NCBI RefSeq assembly: GCF_045105015.1
Contig: NZ_JBGCCX010000115.1
Span: 5,857 to 69,856, forward strand
Source of the DNA: Psychroserpens sp.
GTDB lineage: Bacteria > Bacteroidota > Bacteroidia > Flavobacteriales > Flavobacteriaceae
Reading direction: 5' to 3'
Length of the DNA: 64,000 nucleotides
Within the stretch, counting starts at the first letter, position 1, and each line of letters opens with the position of its first letter. Position numbers and translations under genes: made by a program. Of this stretch, positions 20,031 through 29,379 are shown one piece after another. The notes below the pieces were generated by a model. That model was not told where the DNA came from. It was given only the letters and a program-made list of their open reading frames with translations, and searched no databases.

Positions 20031-22173
20031 ACTCTATACCATATAAACTTTCTTTAACACTGTCCACAACTTTTAAATTTAAAAGTTCTTCATCACCTTT
20101 AAAAACTTTTGATCCTTTTTCAATGAGATAGTTAAATTTTGAAATATCCTTATCTGTATATAATAAACCGAAATCAAATTCCTTTTTTTTGTTGAACAAA
20201 CAGTAATCTAATGTATTGTTAGTTAATGTATTGTTTTCTTCAATCAATTTTGAATCGTCTTTAGACACAAAAGATATTTCAGAATTTGAGATGGTAGAAT
20301 CATAAATTTCCATCGATGAATGTTCACCAGCACTAATCACTTTATCTTCAACTGAATCAAAAGTACTATTACGAATTATAATCTGACTTCCTGAACCATC
20401 AACTGCATCATTTCCAACGTTAACAAACGAACAATTATCAACTGTACCATTAGAGAAATCAGAATCAATGGCATCTGAATTTACATTGATAAATTTCACA
20501 TTATTCAACTTAAAATTATCACATCTAAAGAAATTTACAAAATCATCTCCAGTTACATTAGAATCAAAAACTACATTATCCATTTCTACTGTAGATTCAT
20601 AAAAAGTAATTCCAGCAGGTAGATGCCAGTAAGATTTATCAAAATTTGAAAGCTTACTGAAGGTTACGTGTTTGAAAATATTTTTAGTTTTTGAGTTTTT
20701 AACAACAATTGACGAAGATTCCTGAGATGAATTGGTAATTACGATATTATTTAATGCCTCTGAAACCGCATATATAAGACCAGAATCCACAACGACATCA
20801 TGACCATTTAAATCTAATGTAATGCCAGACGACAATATCAAATCTGTACTATTCAAAAATAAATCTTCTTGTAATACTGTATCTACAGTAATCGTTTTAA
20901 TTTGATTGATTTTCAAGTCACTCTTGTTTATTTCGAAATCAAGTTCTGTTACTGCCTTGATATTAGGTTCAATGTTTTTGCACAAATGAATGGCTTGTGG
21001 AAACCTTGAGTAAATACCATCTTGAAATGAATTCCATTCATTTGTGGCTTTAATTTCTTTTGCATCCATAGCAACTGTACGGATATCATTCATGATTTTT
21101 TCTAAATATTTTCTATCATCTAAAATAGATTCAAGATGTACTGTAAGATTCTTATTGTAACGAATAATATGACGGATAAAACGTTTAACTTGATTCTCAA
21201 AATCTTGTTTTGATGAAATTGAAATTTCATCTTTAAACCAAACTTCTCTAATTATTGGTTCAACTTTATTGGTCACACCATTATAAAACATATGAAAATT
21301 ATCAACCAAATATGAATGCTTATTTTGAGCTAAAAATGAAACTGCTAAAAAAATATCAAACTTATTTTCATCTAATATAATATGAGGTTGATTTCTAATA
21401 TCATCTTTCAGTGTAATTAGATCCTGTAATTGATTTTCATTTAAGTCCTCAGAATTTGGATGTTTTAAATCATTAAATGTAAAAATATATGAATCTCTAT
21501 ATCCATTGCGTTCAATAAGATATTTTGAAAAAAAATCTTCAACAAAATAAACATCTTCTTTTCGGTCGTTAATTTTCAGATTAATAGGCTTGTATTTTAA
21601 ACTTAATACGTCATGTCGTTTTAGAATCAAATTACATAGTGCGTCTGTGACATACATACGTGTGTTAGGTTGTAATAAATTAAATCTACCATTATCAAAA
21701 TCTTTAATATAATCTTTGGCTTTCACTCTAAAACTCCATCGATAAGGATGTCTAAAATGATCATTATTTTTACCAAATAATTTTGCTTTGACTTTAAATT
21801 TTTTACCATTGTGTTTCAGCGTAGCTTTAGCATAAATATTTTCTCTTTGAATCCACTGTCTACCTTTAATAAAATGATGTTTACCGTAGACAAATCGAGA
21901 TCGTTGATTACTCAATTTAATGTATTCATTGAATTTAAAATTAAGATGCACATCATCAAAGTTATTGTCTGAACTTGCTGTTAAATATTTAAAATATGAT
22001 GAGAAATCGTGAGTAGCTGCTTCAAGATGTTGCTTTATATCTACAAGGACACCAAAACGCAAAGCATACATTCCAGTATACATTCCCGAAACTAACACAA
22101 GCGCATAGATTAAAAAGAAAAAACGCTTTTCATCTTTTTTATCATTGGATGTATTTCTGTTAAAACGAATCAT
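20011..22173 (-). CDS. Membrane-anchored CotH-kinase-like protein with C-terminal right-handed beta-helix domain
   Basis: N-terminal TM; KAKLFG..DH..WSFRVK, FNLLQPNTR, LKIND..VYFVED, NFHMFYNGVTNKVEPI; C-terminal DAIDSDFS / DAVDGSGS / DKVISAGE repeats; ATG 22173 preferred over GTG 22215. Confidence 0.7.
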   Translation of the reverse strand: MIRFNRNTSNDKKDEKRFFFLIYALVLVSGMYTGMYALRFGVLVDIKQHLEAATHDFSSYFKYLTASSDNNFDDVHLNFKFNEYIKLSNQRSRFVYGKHHFIKGRQWIQRENIYAKATLKHNGKKFKVKAKLFGKNNDHFRHPYRWSFRVKAKDYIKDFDNGRFNLLQPNTRMYVTDALCNLILKRHDVLSLKYKPINLKINDRKEDVYFVEDFFSKYLIERNGYRDSYIFTFNDLKHPNSEDLNENQLQDLITLKDDIRNQPHIILDENKFDIFLAVSFLAQNKHSYLVDNFHMFYNGVTNKVEPIIREVWFKDEISISSKQDFENQVKRFIRHIIRYNKNLTVHLESILDDRKYLEKIMNDIRTVAMDAKEIKATNEWNSFQDGIYSRFPQAIHLCKNIEPNIKAVTELDFEINKSDLKINQIKTITVDTVLQEDLFLNSTDLILSSGITLDLNGHDVVVDSGLIYAVSEALNNIVITNSSQESSSIVVKNSKTKNIFKHVTFSKLSNFDKSYWHLPAGITFYESTVEMDNVVFDSNVTGDDFVNFFRCDNFKLNNVKFINVNSDAIDSDFSNGTVDNCSFVNVGNDAVDGSGSQIIIRNSTFDSVEDKVISAGEHSSMEIYDSTISNSEISFVSKDDSKLIEENNTLTNNTLDYCLFNKKKEFDFGLLYTDKDISKFNYLIEKGSKVFKGDEELLNLKVVDSVKESLYGIEYGKKSR

Positions 22174-22262
22174 ATAAATCGCATTAATCGCATCAATAGC
22201 ATACCGAGTAAACACCCTATAGCAAACAACACAATAATTTTTATGAGTCTTTTGATAAACAT
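22170..22262 (-). CDS. Putative 30-aa single-TM small protein MFIKRLIKIIVLFAIGCLLGMLLMRLMRFI
   Basis: ATG one nt after the DUF4956 stop (TTC TAA A ATG); its TGA overlaps the next ATG (ATGA); basic-hydrophobic-basic pattern; below the ORF track size cutoff. Confidence 0.5.
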   Translation of the reverse strand: MFIKRLIKIIVLFAIGCLLGMLLMRLMRFI

Positions 22263-22263
22263 T

Positions 22264-22941
22264 TTAGAAGGTCAGTGACGAAATAAATGAAATGCTAACA
22301 TTTTTGAGTCCGACGTTTTGTTCAAGCTTTGATTTAATGTCTAAAAAATCTGAATCATGCATTGAAGACACCGACAAGGTTAAATTGGCTGAATTACTAT
22401 CGGTTACAATTTTCTCAAACCCATTAACATTCTTAATTTTTTTCAATTCAGAAAACACATATTCTAAATCAGTATTAGTACTAAAGTCTAATGATATATT
22501 CATCAAATCTTTATTAATATACGAATTGCTTTGTTTGGATGTAAACTGCCAAACAAGAAACAAAAGAGTTATAATTACTGAAGGGATAATTTGTTGTGCA
22601 GCAAGTGAGATAGAAACACCAATAATCATGAGTAAATAAACCAATTGTTCTGGCTCTTTTATTGCTGTTCTAAACCTAACGATTGATAGCGCTCCAATTA
22701 AACCTAGCGACAGTGCCAACGACACTTTTATAGACGTTATGATTAAAAAAATTGCTAAAGCAAAAGCATAAAACGTGTTTGCAAAAAGCACGCGATTAGA
22801 CACTGTATTAGACCGTTTCACATACACCCATTTAATCGCTGTAATTAAAACAAGTAAAATGGCTAGACTCAGGATCCATTCGCCTAATGCAACTTCAGCA
22901 TTAGTTGATAGATCTAATAATTGTGCTTTAATATCGTCCAT
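22264..22941 (-). CDS. DUF4956 family membrane protein (MgtC/SapB-like TM domain plus soluble C-terminus)
   Basis: SLALSLGLIGALSIVRFRTAIKEP signature; about 4 TM helices. Confidence 0.88.
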   Translation of the reverse strand: MDDIKAQLLDLSTNAEVALGEWILSLAILLVLITAIKWVYVKRSNTVSNRVLFANTFYAFALAIFLIITSIKVSLALSLGLIGALSIVRFRTAIKEPEQLVYLLMIIGVSISLAAQQIIPSVIITLLFLVWQFTSKQSNSYINKDLMNISLDFSTNTDLEYVFSELKKIKNVNGFEKIVTDSNSANLTLSVSSMHDSDFLDIKSKLEQNVGLKNVSISFISSLTF

Positions 22942-22966
22942 ATTGTACTATTAATTTGTGGTGTTT

Positions 22967-23776
22967 TTAATGATTTAAATTCTCTTCTTGTTCAGAAATC
23001 AGCTTCTTTTGATAGCGACCCTGAACAATATCTACAATAACTAAAATAGCAATTACAAAGTAAAAAGTTGTTTTACTCATAGGAACAATTTCGTTTCCAA
23101 AAATTTTCAGATGTGCTAGATGACCACCTTCTGTAACTAACATGATTCCGACAATAAAAAGTATAAACAAACCAAGTACTTCATACATTCTATTTTTAGC
23201 TAAAAATACTGAGATTTTATCAGCTAGTAATAACATAAGAAGTCCACTCGCAACAATAGCAATAGCCATGACTATAAATGCTGTTGTTGAATTTTCAATA
23301 TCACTTGTTAAACCGATAGCGGCCAAAATAGAATCAAATGAGAATACTAGATTCATTATTACAATACTAGTAATAACTGCATTAGAAGTCTTACGGCTCT
23401 TATGGTCATCACCAACAGCTTCATTCAAATCGGTTTTCCCTATCATATGCCATATTTCTTTTATGGCTGTATAAATAATAAAAGCACCTCCTGCAAGTAC
23501 AATTAGACTGTGTCCATTAAATGCAAAATGAAACACATCACCAATCTTGCCAGAAAGCCATGAAAAAGGTTCTTGAAAAAAATCAATAATTGACACTAAG
23601 ACAAATAATAAAACAATTCTGAGAATGATTGCAATTAAAATCCCCATCTTCCGAACACGTTTTTGATCTTCTAATGGTGCTTTTTTAGATTCTAATGATA
23701 TATAAAGGAGATTATCAAATCCTAAGACAGCTTGAAGCAATACAAGCATTAATAGTGTAAAAACAACTTCTAACAT
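22967..23776 (-). CDS. TerC family integral membrane protein
   Basis: LQAVLGFDNL, LRIVLL, AIKEI, NLVFSFDSILAA motifs. Confidence 0.88.
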   Translation of the reverse strand: MLEVVFTLLMLVLLQAVLGFDNLLYISLESKKAPLEDQKRVRKMGILIAIILRIVLLFVLVSIIDFFQEPFSWLSGKIGDVFHFAFNGHSLIVLAGGAFIIYTAIKEIWHMIGKTDLNEAVGDDHKSRKTSNAVITSIVIMNLVFSFDSILAAIGLTSDIENSTTAFIVMAIAIVASGLLMLLLADKISVFLAKNRMYEVLGLFILFIVGIMLVTEGGHLAHLKIFGNEIVPMSKTTFYFVIAILVIVDIVQGRYQKKLISEQEENLNH

Positions 23777-23785
23777 AAAATTAAA

Positions 23786-24541
23786 TTAATTGGTTGTAAG
23801 GTTTTTGATTACTGAAAGTATAATATAAAGTACAATGATTAAAGGTATAGCAACAAAATGAAAAAGCATTAATAAAAGAATACTGATTACAATTAAGGCA
23901 TATCGAAATGTGTTATCTCTAAAACTGAAATTTTTAAACTTTAAAGCAAACAATTTTATATTTGAATTCAATAAATAACAGCAAGCCACTGTCACTGCTA
24001 TTAAAAACCATTGATTTGAAATCAATGCATTAAAAATTCCACTATTTTGGAATTCTATAATTAATGGTAAGGATATTATAAGCAGTGTATTTGCTGGTGT
24101 AGGCAAACCTTTAAAGTAAGACTGTTGATCTTCATCAATATTGAATTTAGCCAAACGATATGCTGAAGCCAAGGTAACACACAATCCTATTAATGGGATC
24201 ATGCTTATTGATGATAAATCTAGTGTCAAATTCGAACTCCACTCGGTTTCTGTCGCCATTTCTGGAATATTCATACTCATAGCAATCAATTTATACATTA
24301 CTATTCCTGGAACTAACCCACTGGTTACCATATCTGCTAAAGAATCTAACTGGACTCCTAACGGACCTTGTACATTGAATTTCCTCGCCAATAAGCCATC
24401 AAAAAAATCAAAGAAAATACCTAGAAAAACAAAGATAGCTGTTGCAATAAAATTATTATGAACAGCAAATACTACGGCAATGCTTCCGCAGAATAAATTA
24501 AGAAGTGTAATAAAATTAGGAATGTACTTTTTTACAGACAT
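23786..24541 (-). CDS. pssA: CDP-alcohol phosphatidyltransferase (phosphatidylserine synthase-like)
   Basis: IPNFITLLN, DFFDGLLAR..G.QLDSLADMV, RLAKFN, FKGLPTPA. Confidence 0.85.
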   Translation of the reverse strand: MSVKKYIPNFITLLNLFCGSIAVVFAVHNNFIATAIFVFLGIFFDFFDGLLARKFNVQGPLGVQLDSLADMVTSGLVPGIVMYKLIAMSMNIPEMATETEWSSNLTLDLSSISMIPLIGLCVTLASAYRLAKFNIDEDQQSYFKGLPTPANTLLIISLPLIIEFQNSGIFNALISNQWFLIAVTVACCYLLNSNIKLFALKFKNFSFRDNTFRYALIVISILLLMLFHFVAIPLIIVLYIILSVIKNLTTN

Positions 24542-24662
24542 ACATGAAATTTGTGTAAAAATAGCAAACTATTCTATACTAATACAAGATGCATACAATA
24601 ACTACATCATTTTGCAGTTTAATAGGTGAAAAATATTGTGCATCTTTGTAAAAATTTTGCTA

Positions 24663-25733
24663 TTGAAAAATTACTTACTCCTTATTTTGTCATTAATGAC
24701 ATTGGTACTTTCTGCCCAAACCACACGTAAATACTCAAATGAGTTTTTAAATATTGGTGTTGATGCAGCAGCTTTAGGTATGAGTAATGCGGTAGTTTCT
24801 CACACTTCAGATGTTAATTCGGGATACTGGAATCCTGCTGGACTAGTTCAATTAGAAGACAATCAATTAGCAGCCATGCACTCTAGTTACTTTGCGAATA
24901 TTGCAAACTACAATTACATTGCTTTTGCAAAGCCATTAGACGATAATAGTGCGATAGCTGTGTCTTTAATTCGTTTTGGTGTTGATGACATTTTAGATAC
25001 CACTCAATTAATAGATGACCAAGGTAATATTAATTACGATCGTGTTAGCTTATTTTCAACGGCAGATTATGCCCTTACATTTTCATATGCTAGAAACTTA
25101 CCAATACCCGGTTTAAGTTATGGTGTTAATGCAAAAGTAGTACGACGAATTATTGGTGACTTTGCAAATTCTTGGGGATTTGGATTAGATTTAGGAATAC
25201 AATTTGAAAATGATAATGATTGGAAGTTTGGTATCATGGCTAGAGATATTACGACCACCTTTAATGCTTGGTCTTTTGATGATGATAAACTTGAAGAAAT
25301 TCAAAATGCTATCGAAGGTCAAAATCAAACAGAGCCTGAAGGAACTGAGTTAACGATTCCGAAATTACAAATTGGAATGTCAAAGAAATTCATATTTCAC
25401 TATGATTATTCTTTATTAGCTTCTTTTGATTTAAATGTAAGGTTTGAGCAAAACAATGATTTAATATCTACCTCTTTTGCTAGTTTTAATCCTGCTTTAG
25501 GGTTCGAGTTTGGCTATACTGATTTAGTTTTCCTAAGAGCTGGTTTAGGAAATTTTCAAAATGAATTACAATTAGATAATTCTGAAAGTCTAACCTTTCA
25601 GCCTAGTTTAGGATTAGGTTTTAAATATAAAGGCATATACGTCGATTATGCATTTACAGATATTGGCGACCAAAGTGTAGCGCTTTACAGTAATGTCTTT
25701 TCTTTAAAGCTCGATTTTAGTATCTTTAGATAA
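24663..25733 (+). CDS. PorV/PorQ-family outer-membrane beta-barrel (T9SS-associated)
   Basis: Signal peptide; EFLNIGVDAAALGM and YWNPAGL N-terminal motifs; alternating beta-strands; start uncertain (24636-24696). Confidence 0.8.
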   Translation: MKNYLLLILSLMTLVLSAQTTRKYSNEFLNIGVDAAALGMSNAVVSHTSDVNSGYWNPAGLVQLEDNQLAAMHSSYFANIANYNYIAFAKPLDDNSAIAVSLIRFGVDDILDTTQLIDDQGNINYDRVSLFSTADYALTFSYARNLPIPGLSYGVNAKVVRRIIGDFANSWGFGLDLGIQFENDNDWKFGIMARDITTTFNAWSFDDDKLEEIQNAIEGQNQTEPEGTELTIPKLQIGMSKKFIFHYDYSLLASFDLNVRFEQNNDLISTSFASFNPALGFEFGYTDLVFLRAGLGNFQNELQLDNSESLTFQPSLGLGFKYKGIYVDYAFTDIGDQSVALYSNVFSLKLDFSIFR

Positions 25734-25746
25734 CGAATAGATTCTC

Positions 25747-26916
25747 ATGAAGCTTAATATTCTATTTTTTCTAACCTTTTTAATTTCTACAATTTCTTAC
25801 GGACAACAAAGACAGTTATCAACTCAAACAGAGATTTCTGTATTAACAGTTGGTCCTGGTGAAAACCTAAATGATGCTTTTGGACACAATGGATTCAGGA
25901 TAAAAGACAGATCATTAGGTCTTGATGTTGTCTATGGTTATGGAGAATATGATTTTGACACACCTAATTTTTATTTGAAATTTGCTCAAGGAAAACTAAA
26001 CTATCTCATAAGTAAACATTCATTTTCTGATTTTTACAGAACCTACAAGTACTATGATAGAACTATTGATGAACAGATTCTAGATATTTCAGTTTCTGAA
26101 AAACAAAAACTATATGACTATTTAGTAAACAATTATAAACCGGAAAACAGAAGATACCTTTATGATTTCTTTTATGATAATTGCGCTACAAGAATAAGAG
26201 ATGTAACTCAAGAAGTTGGAGATAATCACATCACATTTACATCACCTCAACCTTTTGAAGTTAAAACATTTAGACAACTTATTCACGATCATGTTGGCCT
26301 GAACACTTGGGGAGGTTTTGGAATAGATTTAGCTTTAGGCTCTGTGATTGATATAAAAGCTAAGCCTTATGAATACATGTTTTTACCTAAGTATATTCAT
26401 GAGTTTTATGGAGCAACCACACTAGTCAATTCAAATCCTTTAGTTAAAGAAAGTAAAACCATTTACAAAAAAAAGAAGGAAGGTTATAGCGGAAACCTTT
26501 TATTGAGTCCGATAATAATTATGACTTTAATAGCTTCACTTATTCTTTTTATAACCTACAAGGATAAAAAACACAACCGTCGTAGTAAATGGTTAGATGT
26601 ATTTATTTTCGGAATCACGGGAATAATAGGAGTTTTAATGTTGTTATTATGGTTTGGCACTAACCATACAGCAACTGCCCATAATTACAACATCTTATGG
26701 GCCTTTCCTCTCAACATTTTAATTATCGGACAGCTATTAAAACCAAAAGTAAAAAACTGGTTTAAAAGTTATTTAAAATTGTTAATCATCCTGTTTTTTC
26801 TATTAACATTGCATTGGATGATTGGAGTTCAGGTATTTGCTATTGCTTTAATTCCACTACTAGTGGCTTTGTTTTTAAGATATATTTATATCCTAAAACA
26901 TTTTAACAAAACTTAG
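25747..26916 (+). CDS. DUF4105 (Lnb-like lipoprotein N-acyltransferase) membrane protein
   Basis: GPG..FGH, YG.YDF, YDFFYDNCATR motifs; C-terminal TM bundle. Confidence 0.75.
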   Translation: MKLNILFFLTFLISTISYGQQRQLSTQTEISVLTVGPGENLNDAFGHNGFRIKDRSLGLDVVYGYGEYDFDTPNFYLKFAQGKLNYLISKHSFSDFYRTYKYYDRTIDEQILDISVSEKQKLYDYLVNNYKPENRRYLYDFFYDNCATRIRDVTQEVGDNHITFTSPQPFEVKTFRQLIHDHVGLNTWGGFGIDLALGSVIDIKAKPYEYMFLPKYIHEFYGATTLVNSNPLVKESKTIYKKKKEGYSGNLLLSPIIIMTLIASLILFITYKDKKHNRRSKWLDVFIFGITGIIGVLMLLLWFGTNHTATAHNYNILWAFPLNILIIGQLLKPKVKNWFKSYLKLLIILFFLLTLHWMIGVQVFAIALIPLLVALFLRYIYILKHFNKT

Positions 26917-26918
26917 TT

Positions 26919-28313
26919 TTATTGTCCACGATAGTATAAAATAGTACTTAAGGTTTTTACGACAATATTTAAATCTAAGAACATACTTCTATGTTTGATA
27001 TAATATAAATCGTATTGTAATTTTGTCAAACTGTCATCAACTGAAGATCCGTATCGAGTTTTTACCTGAGCCCAACCTGTCAGTCCTGGTTTAACAATAT
27101 GTCTAGTTTCGTAAAAAGGTATAATTCTAGATAATTCATTCACAAAAAAGGGACGTTCAGGTCTAGGACCAATGATACTCATCTCCCCTTTTAACACATT
27201 TACAAATTGTGGGATTTCATCTAACCTTGAACGTCTGAGAAATTTACCGAATTTAGTAATTCTAACATCATTCTTAACTGCCCATTTGGCGCCATCACTT
27301 TCAGCATTAACAATCATACTTCGCAGTTTCATAATTTGAAAAACATTTCCGTTTTTACCAACACGTTCTTGAAAATAAAACAATGGACCTCTATTCGCGA
27401 TTATATTTCCGATTAGAATAAAAGGAAGAAGTAATACACCTATTAACAAGCCTATGACAGAAAATATAACATCAAAAGTTCTATGAAAAAACAAATACAA
27501 TGTATTTTGGTTACTTCTACTAAACGGAAAATATTTATAAAAATCTTTACCAACAAATTGTATTGGCACACGATAAGTTATCTCTTCATACACCTGTGTA
27601 TATTCTCTAATTGTAAAACCATGTTCTAATAAATTGATTAAATCATGATAAATTTCAGACGTAATCGTTTCTGAATTATAGCTAGCTACAAGAATTTCTG
27701 AAATTTTATGCTTCTGAATAACATCCATAAGTTCTTGAGGCTGAAATTCCTTTAGCCCTTTAAATTTAATAGGGTCATTTGTTTCTTGCTCACAATTAAT
27801 AAAACCAATTATTTTATAGTTTGGATCTGTTTCTTTTAAAGGCTTTATAATATTTTCAATGTTTGAAATTTCACCTACCAACAATACTTTTTTATAAAAA
27901 CGAGGGGAAGAAATAAGCGTAGTATACACCAAGCGCCACAAAAACAACATCAGTATTATCGTAAGATAAAAATAAAGGATTTGAAGCCTATTCTCTGGTA
28001 AAGACGGTGTCAAGAAAGGAGTTAACAAATAAAACAGAACCGTTGTTGAAGCAGTAATGACGATATTTCTGAATGTAACATCAAGTTTATCAGATTTTTG
28101 AAGGTCATAGATTTCAAAAATAGTTCCAAACACAGACAGGTATAAGACCAAAACAGAAAGCGCTATACCGTTTTGATTATTGATCTTTAAATAATCAAAA
28201 TCGAGGCATAATTCAATGATATATAGTCCAAAAAAAACAGACAGGATATCAAAAAGGCGTAAGAGAATCTTACGTTCTGATATTTCAAAGTGTATACCTT
28301 TCTTCTTGGTCAT
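26919..28313 (-). CDS. Polyprenyl-phosphate glycosylphosphotransferase (priming sugar transferase, WcaJ/WbaP-like)
   Basis: N-terminal TMs; KLRSM, RLDEIPQFVNVLKGEMSIIGPRPE, KPGLTGWAQV, YDLYYI. Confidence 0.93.
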   Translation of the reverse strand: MTKKKGIHFEISERKILLRLFDILSVFFGLYIIELCLDFDYLKINNQNGIALSVLVLYLSVFGTIFEIYDLQKSDKLDVTFRNIVITASTTVLFYLLTPFLTPSLPENRLQILYFYLTIILMLFLWRLVYTTLISSPRFYKKVLLVGEISNIENIIKPLKETDPNYKIIGFINCEQETNDPIKFKGLKEFQPQELMDVIQKHKISEILVASYNSETITSEIYHDLINLLEHGFTIREYTQVYEEITYRVPIQFVGKDFYKYFPFSRSNQNTLYLFFHRTFDVIFSVIGLLIGVLLLPFILIGNIIANRGPLFYFQERVGKNGNVFQIMKLRSMIVNAESDGAKWAVKNDVRITKFGKFLRRSRLDEIPQFVNVLKGEMSIIGPRPERPFFVNELSRIIPFYETRHIVKPGLTGWAQVKTRYGSSVDDSLTKLQYDLYYIKHRSMFLDLNIVVKTLSTILYYRGQ

Positions 28314-28362
28314 TTATTGAAATTAAAGGATAAATATAATAAGTTAAAAACAACTTCTTACA

Positions 28363-29379
28363 TTAATTTAAATCTAATGCTTTGAACCAAAGTAATTTTA
28401 CTTGGCTCCAATCAAACTTTTCTACTTTACTTCTTGCGTTTTCAATCAAACCTTGTCTTTGTTCAAAATCATTTATTATTGAAATAACTGCAGAGCTCAT
28501 AGATTGAGGCTGATTAGGATGAACTAGTTTTCCATCCACATCATGATCTATTAAATATGGCATTCCTCCGACATTAGTGGAAACTACTGGAAGGCCAAGT
28601 GCCATGGCTTCAATAACACTCAACGGAGTGTTATCAAAGTTTGTTGTATTTATAAAAACATTGCAAACTTTAGACAATTCTAACCATTTTTTCTTCTCTA
28701 ATTTCCCAGTAAAATTGACCTTTAAATTTAAATTTCTAGCAAGTGATTCTACCTTTATTTGAGATCCATCAGCATCAGGACCAACCATAGTCAAGCTTGC
28801 TTCAGGATAAGATTTCTTTAAAATATTGTAGACATCTATAGCTAATTCAGGATTATAAATTTCAGAAAACGAACGTACCCAAAGTAACTTTGGTTCCTTG
28901 TAAGCTCTAGTTTCAAATTTGTAATCATCAATCTTTATCGTATTAGGAATATGAATTACATTAGTAATCCCAACGCTTTCAAAAGCTGTTTTTAAATACA
29001 TTGAAGGCGAGACATTACATTTAGCATTATTAAAAATAAGACCACTCAAACCTGGATTATTTTTTAATCTTGATGGTAAATCCCCTCCATGCAAAATTGG
29101 AATATATTTCAAATTTAAAAACCTACAAATCTGACTAATTACTAATGCAAAATAAAAATTTTGTGTGCTGTAGGTATCTATTAAAACAACATCAATTTTA
29201 TTTGATAATTTTAAGCATGACCATACCATATCTAATAATCTTAAAATTTTATTAGATATCGAAGAAGCATAGTAAACATCAACTCCTTCAGCTTCAAGTA
29301 AAGGACCCAGAATTTGAATTCCAGATAAATTAGATGTTTTACTTATTAAGTTGTTTCCTATGTATAGGACGTTTTTCAT
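28363..29379 (-). CDS. Glycosyltransferase family 4
   Basis: DNTPLSVIEAMALGLPVVSTNVGG GT-B motif. Confidence 0.9.
   Translation of the reverse strand: MKNVLYIGNNLISKTSNLSGIQILGPLLEAEGVDVYYASSISNKILRLLDMVWSCLKLSNKIDVVLIDTYSTQNFYFALVISQICRFLNLKYIPILHGGDLPSRLKNNPGLSGLIFNNAKCNVSPSMYLKTAFESVGITNVIHIPNTIKIDDYKFETRAYKEPKLLWVRSFSEIYNPELAIDVYNILKKSYPEASLTMVGPDADGSQIKVESLARNLNLKVNFTGKLEKKKWLELSKVCNVFINTTNFDNTPLSVIEAMALGLPVVSTNVGGMPYLIDHDVDGKLVHPNQPQSMSSAVISIINDFEQRQGLIENARSKVEKFDWSQVKLLWFKALDLN

Noticed and set aside
22174-22215. GTG start at 22215 for the CotH-like gene
   Set aside because: It lies inside the coupled 30-aa ORF; ATG 22173 with an ATGA overlap is more plausible
19360-22966. Mobile element or defence island carrying the VTC module
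   Set aside because: No integrase, transposase, terminal repeats or tRNA target were seen
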